This document shows positions 35,033-46,914 of a stretch of DNA of 64,000 bases, in pieces (position 1 is the stretch's first letter; each line of letters begins with the position of its first letter). The notes beneath the pieces were generated by a model, which saw only the letters and a program-made list of their open reading frames with translations, was not told where the DNA came from and ran no database searches. The stretch lies in NCBI RefSeq assembly GCF_032191835.1, contig NC_083234.1, forward strand, positions 40,796,001 to 40,860,000, written 5' to 3'. Both the position numbers and the translations under genes were made by a program. The stretch comes from Heteronotia binoei (taxonomy: Eukaryota).

Positions 35033-37021
35033 ATGAGTGACAGGCAGCAGAAGAGGGGCCCTGGCGGCAAGGCCAAGGAGAAGACTAGAGGGGTAGAGGG
35101 GAGGGGGAGGACCCAGTTCCCCCACACACACCTGTGCGTAGGGCTACTCCACAGCCGCCTTCCAGCACTCCAACCGCTGGCCAGAGTGTGATGAAGAAGT
35201 CCCACCTTGGGCTCTTCATCAAGGCTGCTGCTGGGGCACCCCCAGCAAAGGTGCCATTAGGTGCTGGCACTGAGCAGGGGTCTGCTGCTCATGCAGTCTC
35301 TCCTCCAGCTGATGTTGCTCGGCCTCAGCAGCCGGAGGAGGAACAGCAAGAGCAGCCCTCCTTGGAGATGAGCTTTGGGGACAGTTTTCTGTCCAAAACG
35401 ATCACCCTAAGGAGGGTGTAGAGTGTCGTGCAGGAGCTGGAGGAGAAGCTGGTTGAGAAGGACCAGCCCCCTTCTTCGGTTCCTTCAGGCACCAGCAGTC
35501 CTTCAGGGGATGGCCAGGAGGGGAGGCCGCATGGGGTGGAAGAAATGGAGACACATGAGGTCAGCTTGGGCATCCATACACCTCCAAAGTCTGGAAGCAT
35601 TTCCGACATGGAGGATCCACACTATGCGCAGTGCCAGCTATCATTGGGCCTTGCTGCACGCCGAAGCAGTCAACGCACCACACATGGCGGACACTCTCGG
35701 AGCCATCCTCTCACAGCAGTTAGAGGGCTGGGTAGGCAGCAGGGACGTTGCCACGGACTTCATGGTGACTGATGGTGGCTCCAACATCAAGGCGGTTGTC
35801 CAGCGTCAGGGCCTAAAACGCCTTCCTTGCATGGCCCACCTTCTCCACCTCGTGGTTAAGGATGCATTGGGCCAGATGAAAAGCCAGGATCGTCGGTACC
35901 TAGCCGCAACCCATGAATACTGACTTCTGCTCCAGAAGTGTCAGCACATCACGGGTCACTTCTCACGCAACAATATGGACTTGTATCTGCTACGTGAGAA
36001 ACAGACACTGACAGGCGTGCCAGGGCATCGCCTGATCAGTGACGTCAGCACACGCTGGAACTCCACCTGTGCCATGCTGGAGCGCATGGTGGAGCAGAGA
36101 GCAGCCCTGGATGCCTTTGCCTCTAAGACAAGGGTCTTTCGGGATGAGAACCGTCTCACCCAAGAGGATTGGGTCATCATTTCTCAGACTGTGGAGGTTC
36201 TTGGGCCCTTCAAGACCCACACAGAAATGCTGTCATCTTGACACGGCAAGCATCGCACTGGTCATCCCCATAGTCCACATGGCCCATGAGGTCCTGGCCT
36301 CGTTTCTAGTGCCAGCTCAAGGCTGTGCAGATGTTCTTCCAGCAATGTGTGCCCTGGTTGTTAGGCTGCAGGAAGGACTTGAGGCCCACTTTCAAACTTT
36401 CACCCAGGATAAGGTCTACATGATGGCGACCATGTTAGACCTACGCCTTAAGGCACGATCGCTGAGCAGGCCAATGAGCTCAATCGCTGGCAACACGAGT
36501 TCTCCCAGAAGGTTGAGTGCTGCAGACTCAGGGCAGGCCCAGTGCCGGTAGCTGTGGAGGAAGGGGGTGGAAGCAACTCATCTGCCACTTCCACTGCTGT
36601 TCATCCCCAACCTCCCCGGCTAGGCAGTGTTTCCCACCAGACTCATGCCAAGAAGAGTGCTGAGATGACACTCATCGGGCAGCTTGCTGGCCGCTCTGGG
36701 AGCGGTAGGCCCCTGAGAGCGGAGACAGGTGCTGCAATGGTGAGGGACTATCTTTCGGAGCCCAACGAGTCGCAGGAAACGTCTCCTTTGGACTACTGGG
36801 TGATGAAGGAGGGGGTGCGGCCGGCCCTCTCCTCCGTGATCAAGGCGTTCTTCTCATGCCCACTGACAAGCGTGCACAGCAAGCATGTCTTTTTGCGTAT
36901 GGGTGACATTGTCTGCCCACATCGCAATCGCCTGCAACCCTGGACAGTTGAGCAGTTGGTCTTCCTGAAGGTCAACTTGCCTCTGTTTGGCTCCCCGAAT
37001 GTAGACTTTGAGAGTGAATGA
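35033..37021 (+). pseudogene. hAT transposase pseudogene (BED finger start, RNase-H core remnants, hATC dimerisation domain)
   Basis: Motifs across frames: SKVWKHF...EDPHYAQC (BED), VTDGGSN, CMAHLLHLVV (CxxH), LISDVSTRWNST, ATMLDLR, PLDYW...CPLTSVHSKHVF...HRNRLQPWTVEQLVFLKVN (hATC). It has several frameshifts, premature stops and a deletion near 35640. Confidence 0.93.
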
Positions 37022-37799
37022 AGTGAGCACCTACTAGTGCCTGCATCCTCTCTTGGCCCATGCTTGGAAGGTGGTTGTAAAATGCTCTCCCACTAAGCAT
37101 AGACTAGAGTCCAAAGACAGCCCAAAAACTCACAAATTGATTGGCAGTGCACCCCCCCACCCCTCATCCATCCCCAAAACAAAAGTGAATACTGATTTAA
37201 AATCTGCAAAGCAATCCAAATTTCCCCAGTCCCCATCCACACATGCCTAATAATACTATGTCCCATCCCAGATGAGATGGGACTCCGTCGGGCCCCCCCC
37301 CCCCCTGCACCCGACGGCTGAGACAGGATGCCGCCAGGAGCCCCCCCCCCCGCCCCCCCCCCCCGCAGCTCCCAAGGCTCCAGCATACGTCCTGGCCGCC
37401 TGACGGAGCCCGCCCCTCTGAGATGCCTGCCAGAGCAGGGAACCAATGGGCCCGCCCTTAGGCCTGGGTGAAGTGGCCAAGCCCTGGCTGTGGCCGCGGA
37501 AGGGAGAGGGCAGGAACACCACCCGGCCGAGAGGGTGGGGGAGGCAGGAGCCCTGAGCCCAGACACAACCACAACGCCCCAACCCACTCGACTGCCTCAC
37601 ACAATCTGAGGCCCTCCCGGTGATCTTCCTCATTTGGGGTGCAACTCTGGGTCACCTCCTCATGGTGCACCCTGGGTAATGCAAAAGAGCCTGGACCAGC
37701 CAACCATGCATCACTCAAGGTAAGTCTAAATGCTTCTTACTTTGTGTCAGATACAGAATGATGTGGAGCTAAGTGTGGTCCACCGCTTCTCTTGCTTGA

Positions 37800-38085
37800 G
37801 AGTTGTGTTGTTTGGGGCAAGGCTGGAGAGCTGGCATCTGTAGATTGTTCTGTGGCAGGGAAGCTGGCATCTGGGTGAGACACCGAGAACCAGCATGCTT
37901 GTTGTGCTTGGCCAGCTCTCCCTGCATTGTTTGGGGCAGGGCTGGAGAGCTGGCATCTGTAGATTGTGTGTTCTGTGGCTGGGAAACTGGCATCTGGGTG
38001 AGAGACCCAGAACCAGCATGCCTGTTGTGCTTGGCCAACTCTCCCTGTGTTGTTTGGGGCAGGGCTGGAGAGCTGGCATCTGGGA
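37800..38085. repeat. ~120-124-bp direct repeat (2.3 copies) inside the hAT
   Basis: tgtttggggcagggctggagagctggcatctg recurs near 37808, 37928 and 38052. Confidence 0.9.
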
Positions 38086-38269
38086 TTGCTGCAGCTAGGT
38101 CTGCAGAGCAGACCTTGAGCAGATTGTGTTTTGTGTGGCAGTGACGTTGGCAACTGAGTTTATATTGGATCCAGGCCAGCAGGGTTCATAGAGTAGATAG
38201 ATGGATGTAGTGCATTTCAGTCCTATAGAGATTCTCTTGTGTGAAGTTAGGTTTGGCTTTGGGTGCCCC

Positions 38270-39000
38270 AGGAATTGGACCCCCTGGTCCAATCTTTTTT
38301 TGGCCTTGTGGGTTTTGTGTGGGACAGTGCCCTGAAGCTGCACAGCAGTTTCTCCTCAAAAACCCCTGCTCCCCAGAGCCACTTTTCCCACTACAATTAC
38401 AGTGGGGAAAGTGGCTCTAATTGGTTTTTTCTCATCATTGGGAACAGTGTTCCTTTTGGGGTGCCCACAGATGGGTGCAGCCTTTTGGAACCAGGGGGGT
38501 TGCATGCGGGGGAGTCCCCTGAAGCTGCCCTGCAGTTTTGGGGCCTCTCCCTCAAACCCCCCTCTGGCCAAAGACACTTTCCCCACTGCAATTATAGTGG
38601 AGGAAGTGGCTAATTGGGCTTTCCCCAGCATTGGTGGCGATGGGCCTTTTGGGGAGCCCAAAGACAGGGACCCCCTGGCCCAATCTTTTTGGGATTTGGT
38701 GGTTTTGTAGGGGAGAATCCCCTGTGGGTTCCCTGCAGTTTTGGGGGCTCTCTCTCAGACCCCCTGCCCCCCAGTAGTCTCTAATTATGCCCTGTGTTGC
38801 CATTGATTTCAATGGCCCATAGTGTATAATGGAGGGATAGGGGCACCCTCTTTGGTTTCCCTGGAATGGGACCCCCTAGCCCAATCTTTTTGGGACTTGG
38901 GGGGGTTGTAGGGAGTGTCCCCTGCAGGTCCCCTGCAAATTTTGGGGCTCTCCCTCAAACCCCCTCCCCTCCAGGTGGCTTCAAATATACCCTATTTTGC
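38270..39000. repeat. Diverged ~195-200-bp subterminal repeats of the hAT (about 4 copies)
   Basis: ggaccccc.ggcccaatctttttt...cctgcag(t)tttgggg.ctctccctcaaacccc recurs near 38277, 38470 (partial), 38668 and 38868. Confidence 0.75.
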
Positions 39001-40529
39001 CATTGATTTCAATGCCCATAGGGTATAATTGGGCCATATATTCGGAAATAGCCGTATATCTCCTGTATATACAGCTATTCCAAGTACTGGTATTCAGAAA
39101 TATACGGTATTCCAAATATTTTGACCCCATAAATTTCCGAATCCAATTTTTTCTGAATTTATTTTTTTTTTGCACACCCTTAGTCTATACCTCTAGGGAA
39201 GTCCCCCCCCCCCGCAACAGTTCCCTAATCTCTATGTTGTTTCCCTAATCAAAGCTCCCCCCCAGCTGCATTTAGCCCCAGTAGAAAAAAAAACTGGGAG
39301 AGAACACTTGACCAGAGAATAAGCCAAAGGAGAAGTTGTTCCCCCTTTCCCAGCATCATAGCCCTGATCCATATCTTCCCAGCAGAACCTATCACAGATC
39401 CCCAGCTTCATGCATAGTACAGCCATGAGCAGGTAGGTGGTGCTCTATGATGCACAGTTTCTCATTTCACATGCTGCTGAGGCATATTTTGAACTGCTGA
39501 TAACAGACTGGATGCTTGATCCATACACCGTGGATAGAAATAGGTGTAAATTAAAAAGCTGACTTTCACCTATTAATTCAAAATTGCCAGCCCATATCTT
39601 TGGCTGCAATTTCTGTAATTCTCTTACAAATTATTATTTCCTGTGTGTGTGCTAGCTGAAAAGCATGTGATGCTGGTACACTTTTTTATAGCAAATCAGT
39701 TGTAATGTTTTCATTAATCAATAATACTGACTGTAGAAGATTGAGCACTCTAGCCTCTGCTTCTGGAAAAAAGGGAAAAGCTAATTTTTTAGCTTGAGAT
39801 GGAATAGATCTCAATGATAGGAGTCCCTTGTGACTTACTGCATCCAGATGCCACCAAAATCCATTGATGATTGTCTTGGGGATTAACGAGAAAACCTTCT
39901 AAGAGAGTCTAAATTCTTTGCTGGACCAAGACACACAAAGCCCCAACACATTTTGTGTGTGCAAAGTCCATCCAGTATTTCTGACTTTCATGCATAAAGG
40001 GGTAAAATTATTATGATAAACTTTTTGTGGAAATCAGATTGGCAGATTCAAGATGCTACTGGCAAGACAAAATAGGAGGTTTGCAGTTAAACTCTGGGCT
40101 ATAAAAGATGCAGATTCAGTTTTCATCTGTGTCCCATACATTGCTTGCTCCATGAGCCTTTGAATGCATTGTCTAGCCTTTCCTTGCCTCAGTTTTCCTA
40201 TTGTACAATAGAAAAGGAAAACTCCACATACATTTATTACATGCTAGACTAAAATTAAGCCAAATTAAATCACACATGGGGGAGGACTGAAGCTCAGTAA
40301 CAGGGCATGTTTAGAAGGACACAGATTGAATCTCCAATTAAGACGCAGCTGAAGAACCAGTGTTAAGATAGTCCCCTACGTGAGAACTTGGAGATAATTA
40401 CTATTATCTTTTCTTGTTGACAGTGTTATCAGGTGAATGGTTGTTGTTTTTTACTATAACCAGAGTAGTTTTGGATGATAAAGCTGAAGAGGCATGTAAA
40501 ATCTAGGCATCCCACAAATATGAAGCATC

Positions 40530-41145
40530 ATCTATGGATGGCACACATGCCACCTCTGCTGCGCCAGCTACACTGGCTTCCAGTGAAGTACCAAGTCAGG
40601 TTCAAGGATTTAATGTTGACTTTTAAGGCACTGAGCAGTTTGGGACCTACATACCTTCAGGACTGCCTCCTCTGGTATGTCCATGGGAGGGCATTACGCT
40701 GGTGATCCCTGGCCCTTAAGATATCCAACTGTCCTCAACCAGAGCCAGGGCTTTTTTGGCCCAAATACTATCATGGCTCTGCAGGACTTAATGCAATTCT
40801 GCAGAGCCTGCAAAGCAGAGATGTTCCACCAGGCTTTTGGTTGAGGGTAGCAACAGTTTCCATCATGGCTGGCACTCTCCTCTTTTCTTCCGTCTTTCTC
40901 ATTTTCGCCTCCTCTTCATGCTGCCCACAAGATAGCAACATGGTCTGGAGTGAGTTTAAGTGTTAATTAGAGGCACCATATTGAGATTATTTAGAATAGG
41001 AAGCACTGTTTTATTGATTTTTAACAATGTTACATTGATGTTTTTAACCTTTGTTGTACATTGCCCAGAGCCCTGTGGATTTGGGGACTGGGCGATTCAC
41101 AAATCTAAAATATAAGTAAGTAAGTAAGTAAATAAATAAATAAAT
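40530..41145 (+). mobile_element. L2 LINE 3' fragment
   Basis: PPLLRQLHWLPVKYQVRFKDLMLTFKAL..LGPTYLQDCL is typical of the L2 ORF2 C-terminus; (TAAG/TAAA)n tail. Confidence 0.8.
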
Positions 41146-41734
41146 AGTTAAGTTAGACTTGATATAAGGCAGCTTCATATATATGTTCTTGGTACTCTGA
41201 TATCTAAAGAATAAATATCATTAGGCATAGAAGATTTGTTGGTTGTATTCTGTGCTAAATAAAAATAAACTTGCCATCAGCCTCACTGTCACCAGTCTTC
41301 CCTTCAAAGTCAGCTGCAAACTTTGCTGTCTCATTTCCCAAAGCAGCTCTTTCAAATCCCTTCTCAGAATGCATATCTTTCCTAGATCGTCACAGTTAGG
41401 TCATACCCCCAGAACCAGCCTATACTGCCAGGGTTCAGTGCAGAGACATGTAAAGAAATAATGGAGGGAACCCTCTGAACATATGTACAGCTCAGTTTTC
41501 CACACAACTGAGTACCCACAGCTTATCTGTCTTTCTTGGAACTCTAAGAAGTTCCCAGGTGGCCTCTCATCCAGACATTTGGACCTGACAATTCCACCAA
41601 GACCTGTTAATTTTCAGCAAGTTTACTGGATAACCAAACTGTAGAAATTACCTTTAACCTCAGCTTTACTTTTTGTGCCTTAGCTGCTACCATTAAGATT
41701 TCCCAGACTTTTGGAACACTGTGTATATTTCTGG

Positions 41735-42650
41735 TTGCCATATCTCAAAAAAGGGCATTGCAGAGCTGGAAAAAGTACATAAGAGCGAGACGGAGATGAA
41801 TAGTACATAAGAGCAAGACCAAGGAGCACCTTTCCTAAGAGGAATGGCCAAAGAGCCTGGGATGCTTCAGTTTGTTCGCTTGTTTGTTATCTTTGGTTTG
41901 TAGCCCTCCCTCCCCTGCACAGCAGGGCTCAGGGTGGGTAACAACAGATAACAACATTAAAACAATAAATAAATTAATCATTAAAACCCAGGTTACAACA
42001 ACAGTTTATAACAACAATTTAAATCTAATCACTCAGATGGTGTTGCATGATTTGGCACAGTTTGGTGCATCATCTCTCAGAAGATTGCTTTTTAGGTGTG
42101 TCTCAGAAACCCAGGATCCTGAAGCAGTGGAGGGAACTTGGGAAAGAGGTGGGGAAAGTTGTGGCCCTGCAGCAGCATGTGCAAAATCGGGCAGAAGAGC
42201 CGCGAAGAAAAAGGAGCAGGAGACCGAGACAAAGGCTAGTGAGGAATCAGTCGGAATGTTTGTTCCCAGTCCCAAAATACTAGAACTTGAGGGCATTCCA
42301 TGAAGTTTATGGGTAACAGATTGAGAATACAAAAAGGAAAATAGTTCTTTATCCAAATGCAGAATGTAGAGACGGTTTTAGGCATAGATATTTTTAAAAG
42401 GGGAGTAGACAGATTAATAGAGGATAGGTCTATCAGCAACTACTAGCCCTGGTGACTAAAAGGAAACTCCAAATTCAGAGACAGTAAAATCTCTGAATAC
42501 CAGTGCCAGGAGGCAACACAACATTAGAGAAATGTCTTGGCCTCTATGCCCTGTTGTTGGCCCCCAGATTAACTGGTTGGCCACTGTGTGAAACAGGATG
42601 CTGGACTAGATGGAACACTGGTCTGATCCAGCAAGGCCCTTCTTGTCATT
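41735..42650 (+). mobile_element. CR1 LINE 3' fragment, interrupted by an L2-type tail at about 41870-42035
   Basis: gcagagctggaaaaagt, ttaaaaggggagtagacagatt..gaggataggtctatc, ccactgtgtgaaacaggatgctggactagatgg. Confidence 0.75.
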
Positions 42651-43714
42651 TCCTATTCTTGCCTATCATCTCCTGTCACCATTGTCTGAGAAGGCAATAG
42701 ATGTTTTCATTTCCTGATAAACTTCTATCTTGGTAACATGTGTGCTTGACATGCAAAATTCCAAAAACAAAACAAATTAATATAAATTCTAAAACTTAAT
42801 GCTGGGCACTTTATTAGGATTAGGTCAAATCTGCAGTTCCTACAGCACTGTTGCAGGCCTCATAGAGGGACTGTACAGGAGCTTGCATATTACAATTTAA
42901 AATCAGCAGTTTCCAGCCTCATTGTCCTGCTACAGGTAAGAAGGACTGCAGTGGGCTGGCCTGACATGACTGCATAATCCAGTTTAGCCTCCAGATCTCT
43001 TCACAATGCTACTATGACTCAATAACTCTCTCTGAATGGTATAACTGAATAATACATTGAAACCTGAGCAGTTCTGTTCTACCAGGGGGGGAGCACCCAC
43101 AATGTTGCAATAGTCTTGCAGGCTCTTTGACACAAAACACAATGCTGAGGGTCAAGTTAGAGAGCAGAATCCAGATTCTGTCCTTAGTTAAACTGTAGTC
43201 CAGTTCATGCATCATCTAAGCTATTTCTACATGTGCTACAATCACAAACTGGTCTGGGAAACCATGGATTGAAAGCTATTTTACCAGCACCTACTCCTGT
43301 ATAAGACAAGCTCTAGACTGAAAGATGATCCAAGCATAACCAATACATGATTGGCATGTGTGATTTATAGGTGTTAATCTAAGAAGGTACACATGTATGC
43401 TACTATACATAAATCTATATTTTTCATACCATTTTATAGCATAAAAAAGAAATTTGTTTCCTCTAAATTTACCAAAGAAGTATTCTAAAAACAACTCTAA
43501 TGCACTATTGTAAAGAAATTTAAATATGCACCAAAATTGGGTGGACTAAAATTAGACACTGTTACAATAGGCAACAGCCTTGAAATGTTACCCCTAATCC
43601 TGAAACTGGTACGCTGAATGGTCTGCTAATTGACGGTCTTAGAATGTTAACCCTGGTGTTGAGATTGTCACCCTGACTCAGCCTATCTAGCCACCTGATC
43701 TATGCAAAATACAC

Positions 43715-44080
43715 AGATTCTGCAGTCATTCTGTTGTAGCCTGTCAGCTTCTAGGATCAATTCAAGGTACTAACTATCATGTACAAAGCCTGCATGGCTT
43801 TGGGCCCTTATACCTGCAAGACCACCTCTCCTCTTATGTTCTCCCACGGTAACTCCACTTATCTGTTCAGGACCTTCTGCAGGTGCCACCCTGTAAATGG
43901 GCAAGAACAACAACTGCTCATGCAGTTGCTTTCTCTGTTGTGTCCACCAATTGTAGAATGACCTGCTTCAGGAGATCTGAAAAGCTCCCAAGCTCCTGTC
44001 ATTTCACAAATTATGTAAAATAGAACTGTTCGGGACAGCTTTCTATAAAGTTAATACTGATACAGTATAACAGAATAGTT
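43715..44080 (+). mobile_element. Old L2 3' fragment
   Basis: ggatcaattcaaggtac..tacaaagccc..ggccctt.tacctgcaagaccacctctc..ggagatctgaaaagctcc. Confidence 0.65.
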
Positions 44081-44504
44081 CAGGAATGTGCTTTATAAAG
44101 GGCAAGGAACTGTGGATTATACCACTATGTATATAGGCCATATCATCAGTTTGCTGCACATATTATCTGTTGTTTTTTCATAGTTCTCTACTGATGTAAT
44201 ATCATTTTTCTTCATTATATACATACAGCATCATAATATGTTGCACTTATTCCAATTTCAGTCATCCTGGTCCTAGTACATTGCTCATTTGATGTCTCCT
44301 CGTATTGATTGTATCAACCTACACTGTGCTTTATTAGATGTCTCTTTGTACAGATTTTTATCAGATTACACTGCAGACTATATGTGCAGCAAATTAAATA
44401 CATACATACATACGTGAAGCTGCCTTATGTGATTCCATTATTCAATTGAGCTTGATTTAAACTAGTCAGATTAACAGCAGCGGTCTACATGCCAAGGGCC
44501 CTCC

Positions 44505-44655
44505 CTGCTAAATTGCTGGATGGGAGGCCTCCAATGAATACCAGGGTTGTGATGCAGAGGCAGGCAATGACCACCTCTGAACATCTCTTGCCTTGAAAAC
44601 CCCACCAGGGTTTAGCAGGATTCATCTATGACTTGGCAGCACTTTCCACCACCAA
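44505..44655 (+). mobile_element. 5S-derived SINE (5S-Sauria-like), partial
   Basis: ggatgggaggcc (5S box C region) followed by gcagaggcaggcaatg..accacctctgaacatctcttgccttgaaaaccc and tail gcactttccaccacca. Confidence 0.7.
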
Positions 44656-46205
44656 TGGTATATAAACTAGATCGCTAAATATTGTATTGCTACCCCCACT
44701 CTGGCTGTAAAGGGTTTAGGGCAGCATACAAGCCTTATTCCCCACACACACACACCCCTCCATTTTATCTTCCCAACAATACTTCGCAGAAGGTTGAACT
44801 GAGGGAGGGTGAATGGCTCAGGATCACCACATGAGAGAATTTGAACCCAGATTTCCCCACACTCTAACCACTACATAGAGCCGGTTCCCAGTTTGTGAAC
44901 TGTCGAGTTTATTATGTTTTTATAGCTAGTTTTGAATTTTATTTTGTACACAAGAGTTGGTGTATTGCAAGCATCATTTTCCTCTCGTGCAACAGCAAAA
45001 TTGTCACGTCAGTCAATGATACTGATGGAACTTTCCCATGATCTGGTCTCCATAGTAACATAAAAATGAGATACTAGCCATAAGAGTGACATCATTTACC
45101 CAGTCAGATCCTTTATGTAACACAGTGCCTCAGTCTCTCTGCCTGGATCCACATTGACCTTGCCTCCTTCTCTCTCATAAGAGTTTGATACCTTGCAGCT
45201 CTCTATTGCCATAATCCAATTTTGAAGGGGCAGAAAAGCCCACTTTCTGTAGGCTAGCCCCTCTGGCAGCCTAGCCTTATAATACCATAACAATACCAAA
45301 GACAAACAAACTACAACCCTGGAGTAATGTGCTGGCAAAACACTAAAGATTCCCATGGGTTATGATTCTTCATAGATAAAAATTGGTGTCACTCTGTCCT
45401 TTCTCTGTGATCAAAGTGCTCCATATTTGCACTGGAAGTTAAAAGTGGAACTCTGCTCAGTTTTATTCAAGGGTCTGCTGGACTCAGCTTGCTCCTGGCT
45501 GTCAGTGGCGAGAGCAACAGCCCATTGGGAACTTTCCCAGTAAGTTTAAAGGCCAGTCCATCTCCACTGCCAGAGCACTCAGGCACTGTTGAGGAACAGA
45601 ATCCAGCCATGACACTATCGTCCTCAGGTTTCCCATGATTAATCACTAAACAAGTGAATGAAATAGTACCACCTGCTGGCAACTATAGCAATAGCTATGT
45701 ATGCACATGGACTGTGAGTGTGTGTAAACCAGGACAAATTGGTCATCCTCAACCTGAGCCCCATGCTGCTTCCACATGAAGATGATTCTCTATGTAGCTC
45801 ATTGCTTTTGTAAATGTCTCTGTATTAGCTGCGGCAATGAAGCACCCTCACAACAATTTTCCTAGCACTTTCTTTGACCTTAGCACAATATGGCCACAGT
45901 CCCTCGTCCTTCCACCAGTGAACTTTAAAAAAGGGTGGGAGGGGGTTTACTTGATCAGGACAGCATTGTAATGTTATAATGATCTGTTGCCACAGTCTAC
46001 TAATTCTCAGCTTTCATGTTTTAAAAAAGCCTCTAGCCTTTTTATTGCAGAAATATAAGAAGTAATGCGCAAAATATCTGGGAAAATGTGCACTTTCCTG
46101 TCTGCATAGTGTCTAATGACAATTTGATCACAATATTCTCAAAAATATCACCCCAAACCAGATTTGGAGAAGTTTGCATCAAACTCAGAAACAGAATGTA
46201 TAGAA

Positions 46206-46914
46206 CAGGGATGTCCAACATGCAACCCAGGGGCCAACCCAGGCCCCTAGCAACTGGCTGTTGTCTGCTTCCTTCTCCCTCTCTCTTGCTTCTTTCTGCA
46301 TCACAGCTTGCTTTGCCAGGCTTGTTCAGTCACACAGGAGCTACTGAGCAAATTTAATTTAATTTTAATTTAATTTGCAATTTATACCCCGCCCTATCCC
46401 GCAAGGCGGGCTCAGGATGGCTTACAACATTAAAACATTGCAATAACAATAAATAAAACATATCCAATTAAACACAACAAATTTAAGCCTCTATTTTCTC
46501 CATTGACTAAGGCTCCTCCCTTGGAAAGGAAGGGGGGAGGGATAGCTTGCTTTGCCAGGCTCTCTCAATCACACAGCAGAACTACTGAGCCAAGTTTTTC
46601 TTCCTTCTATTGGCTGAGGCTCCTTCCCCTCCTGCCCCCTGGGGAAAGAAGGAAAAAGCCAGAGCTTCCTTTGCCCAGCTCCCTGGATCACACAGGAGAG
46701 GTACAAACAAAGCACCTTTAAAAGTGCTAATGTTTTAAGCATGATTTATTTTAAGGTTTTTAAAATATATATAGTTAATCGTGTTTGTCTGTGTCCTTTA
46801 TAAAGTTTATAACTCTGCTACCTAGCATTACATTTTTGACACACATGACCTGGCCCAACAAAATCTCATTTATGTCAGATCTGACCCTCATAACAAATGA
46901 GTTCGACACCCCTG
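46206..46914 (+). mobile_element. hAT (Charlie/Buster-type) MITE with a nested L2-type tail at about 46350-46485
   Basis: cagggatgtccaac ... gttcgacacccctg; TSD GTATAGAA/GTATAAAA (7/8). Confidence 0.85.

Larger units (their letters stand above)
32694..39182 (+). mobile_element. hAT DNA transposon (6489 bp), decayed and internally deleted
   Basis: TIR TAGGGGTGTGCA / TGCACACCCTTA (11/12); perfect 8-bp TSD GTCTATAC at 32686-32693 and 39183-39190; transposase remnants inside. Confidence 0.95.
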
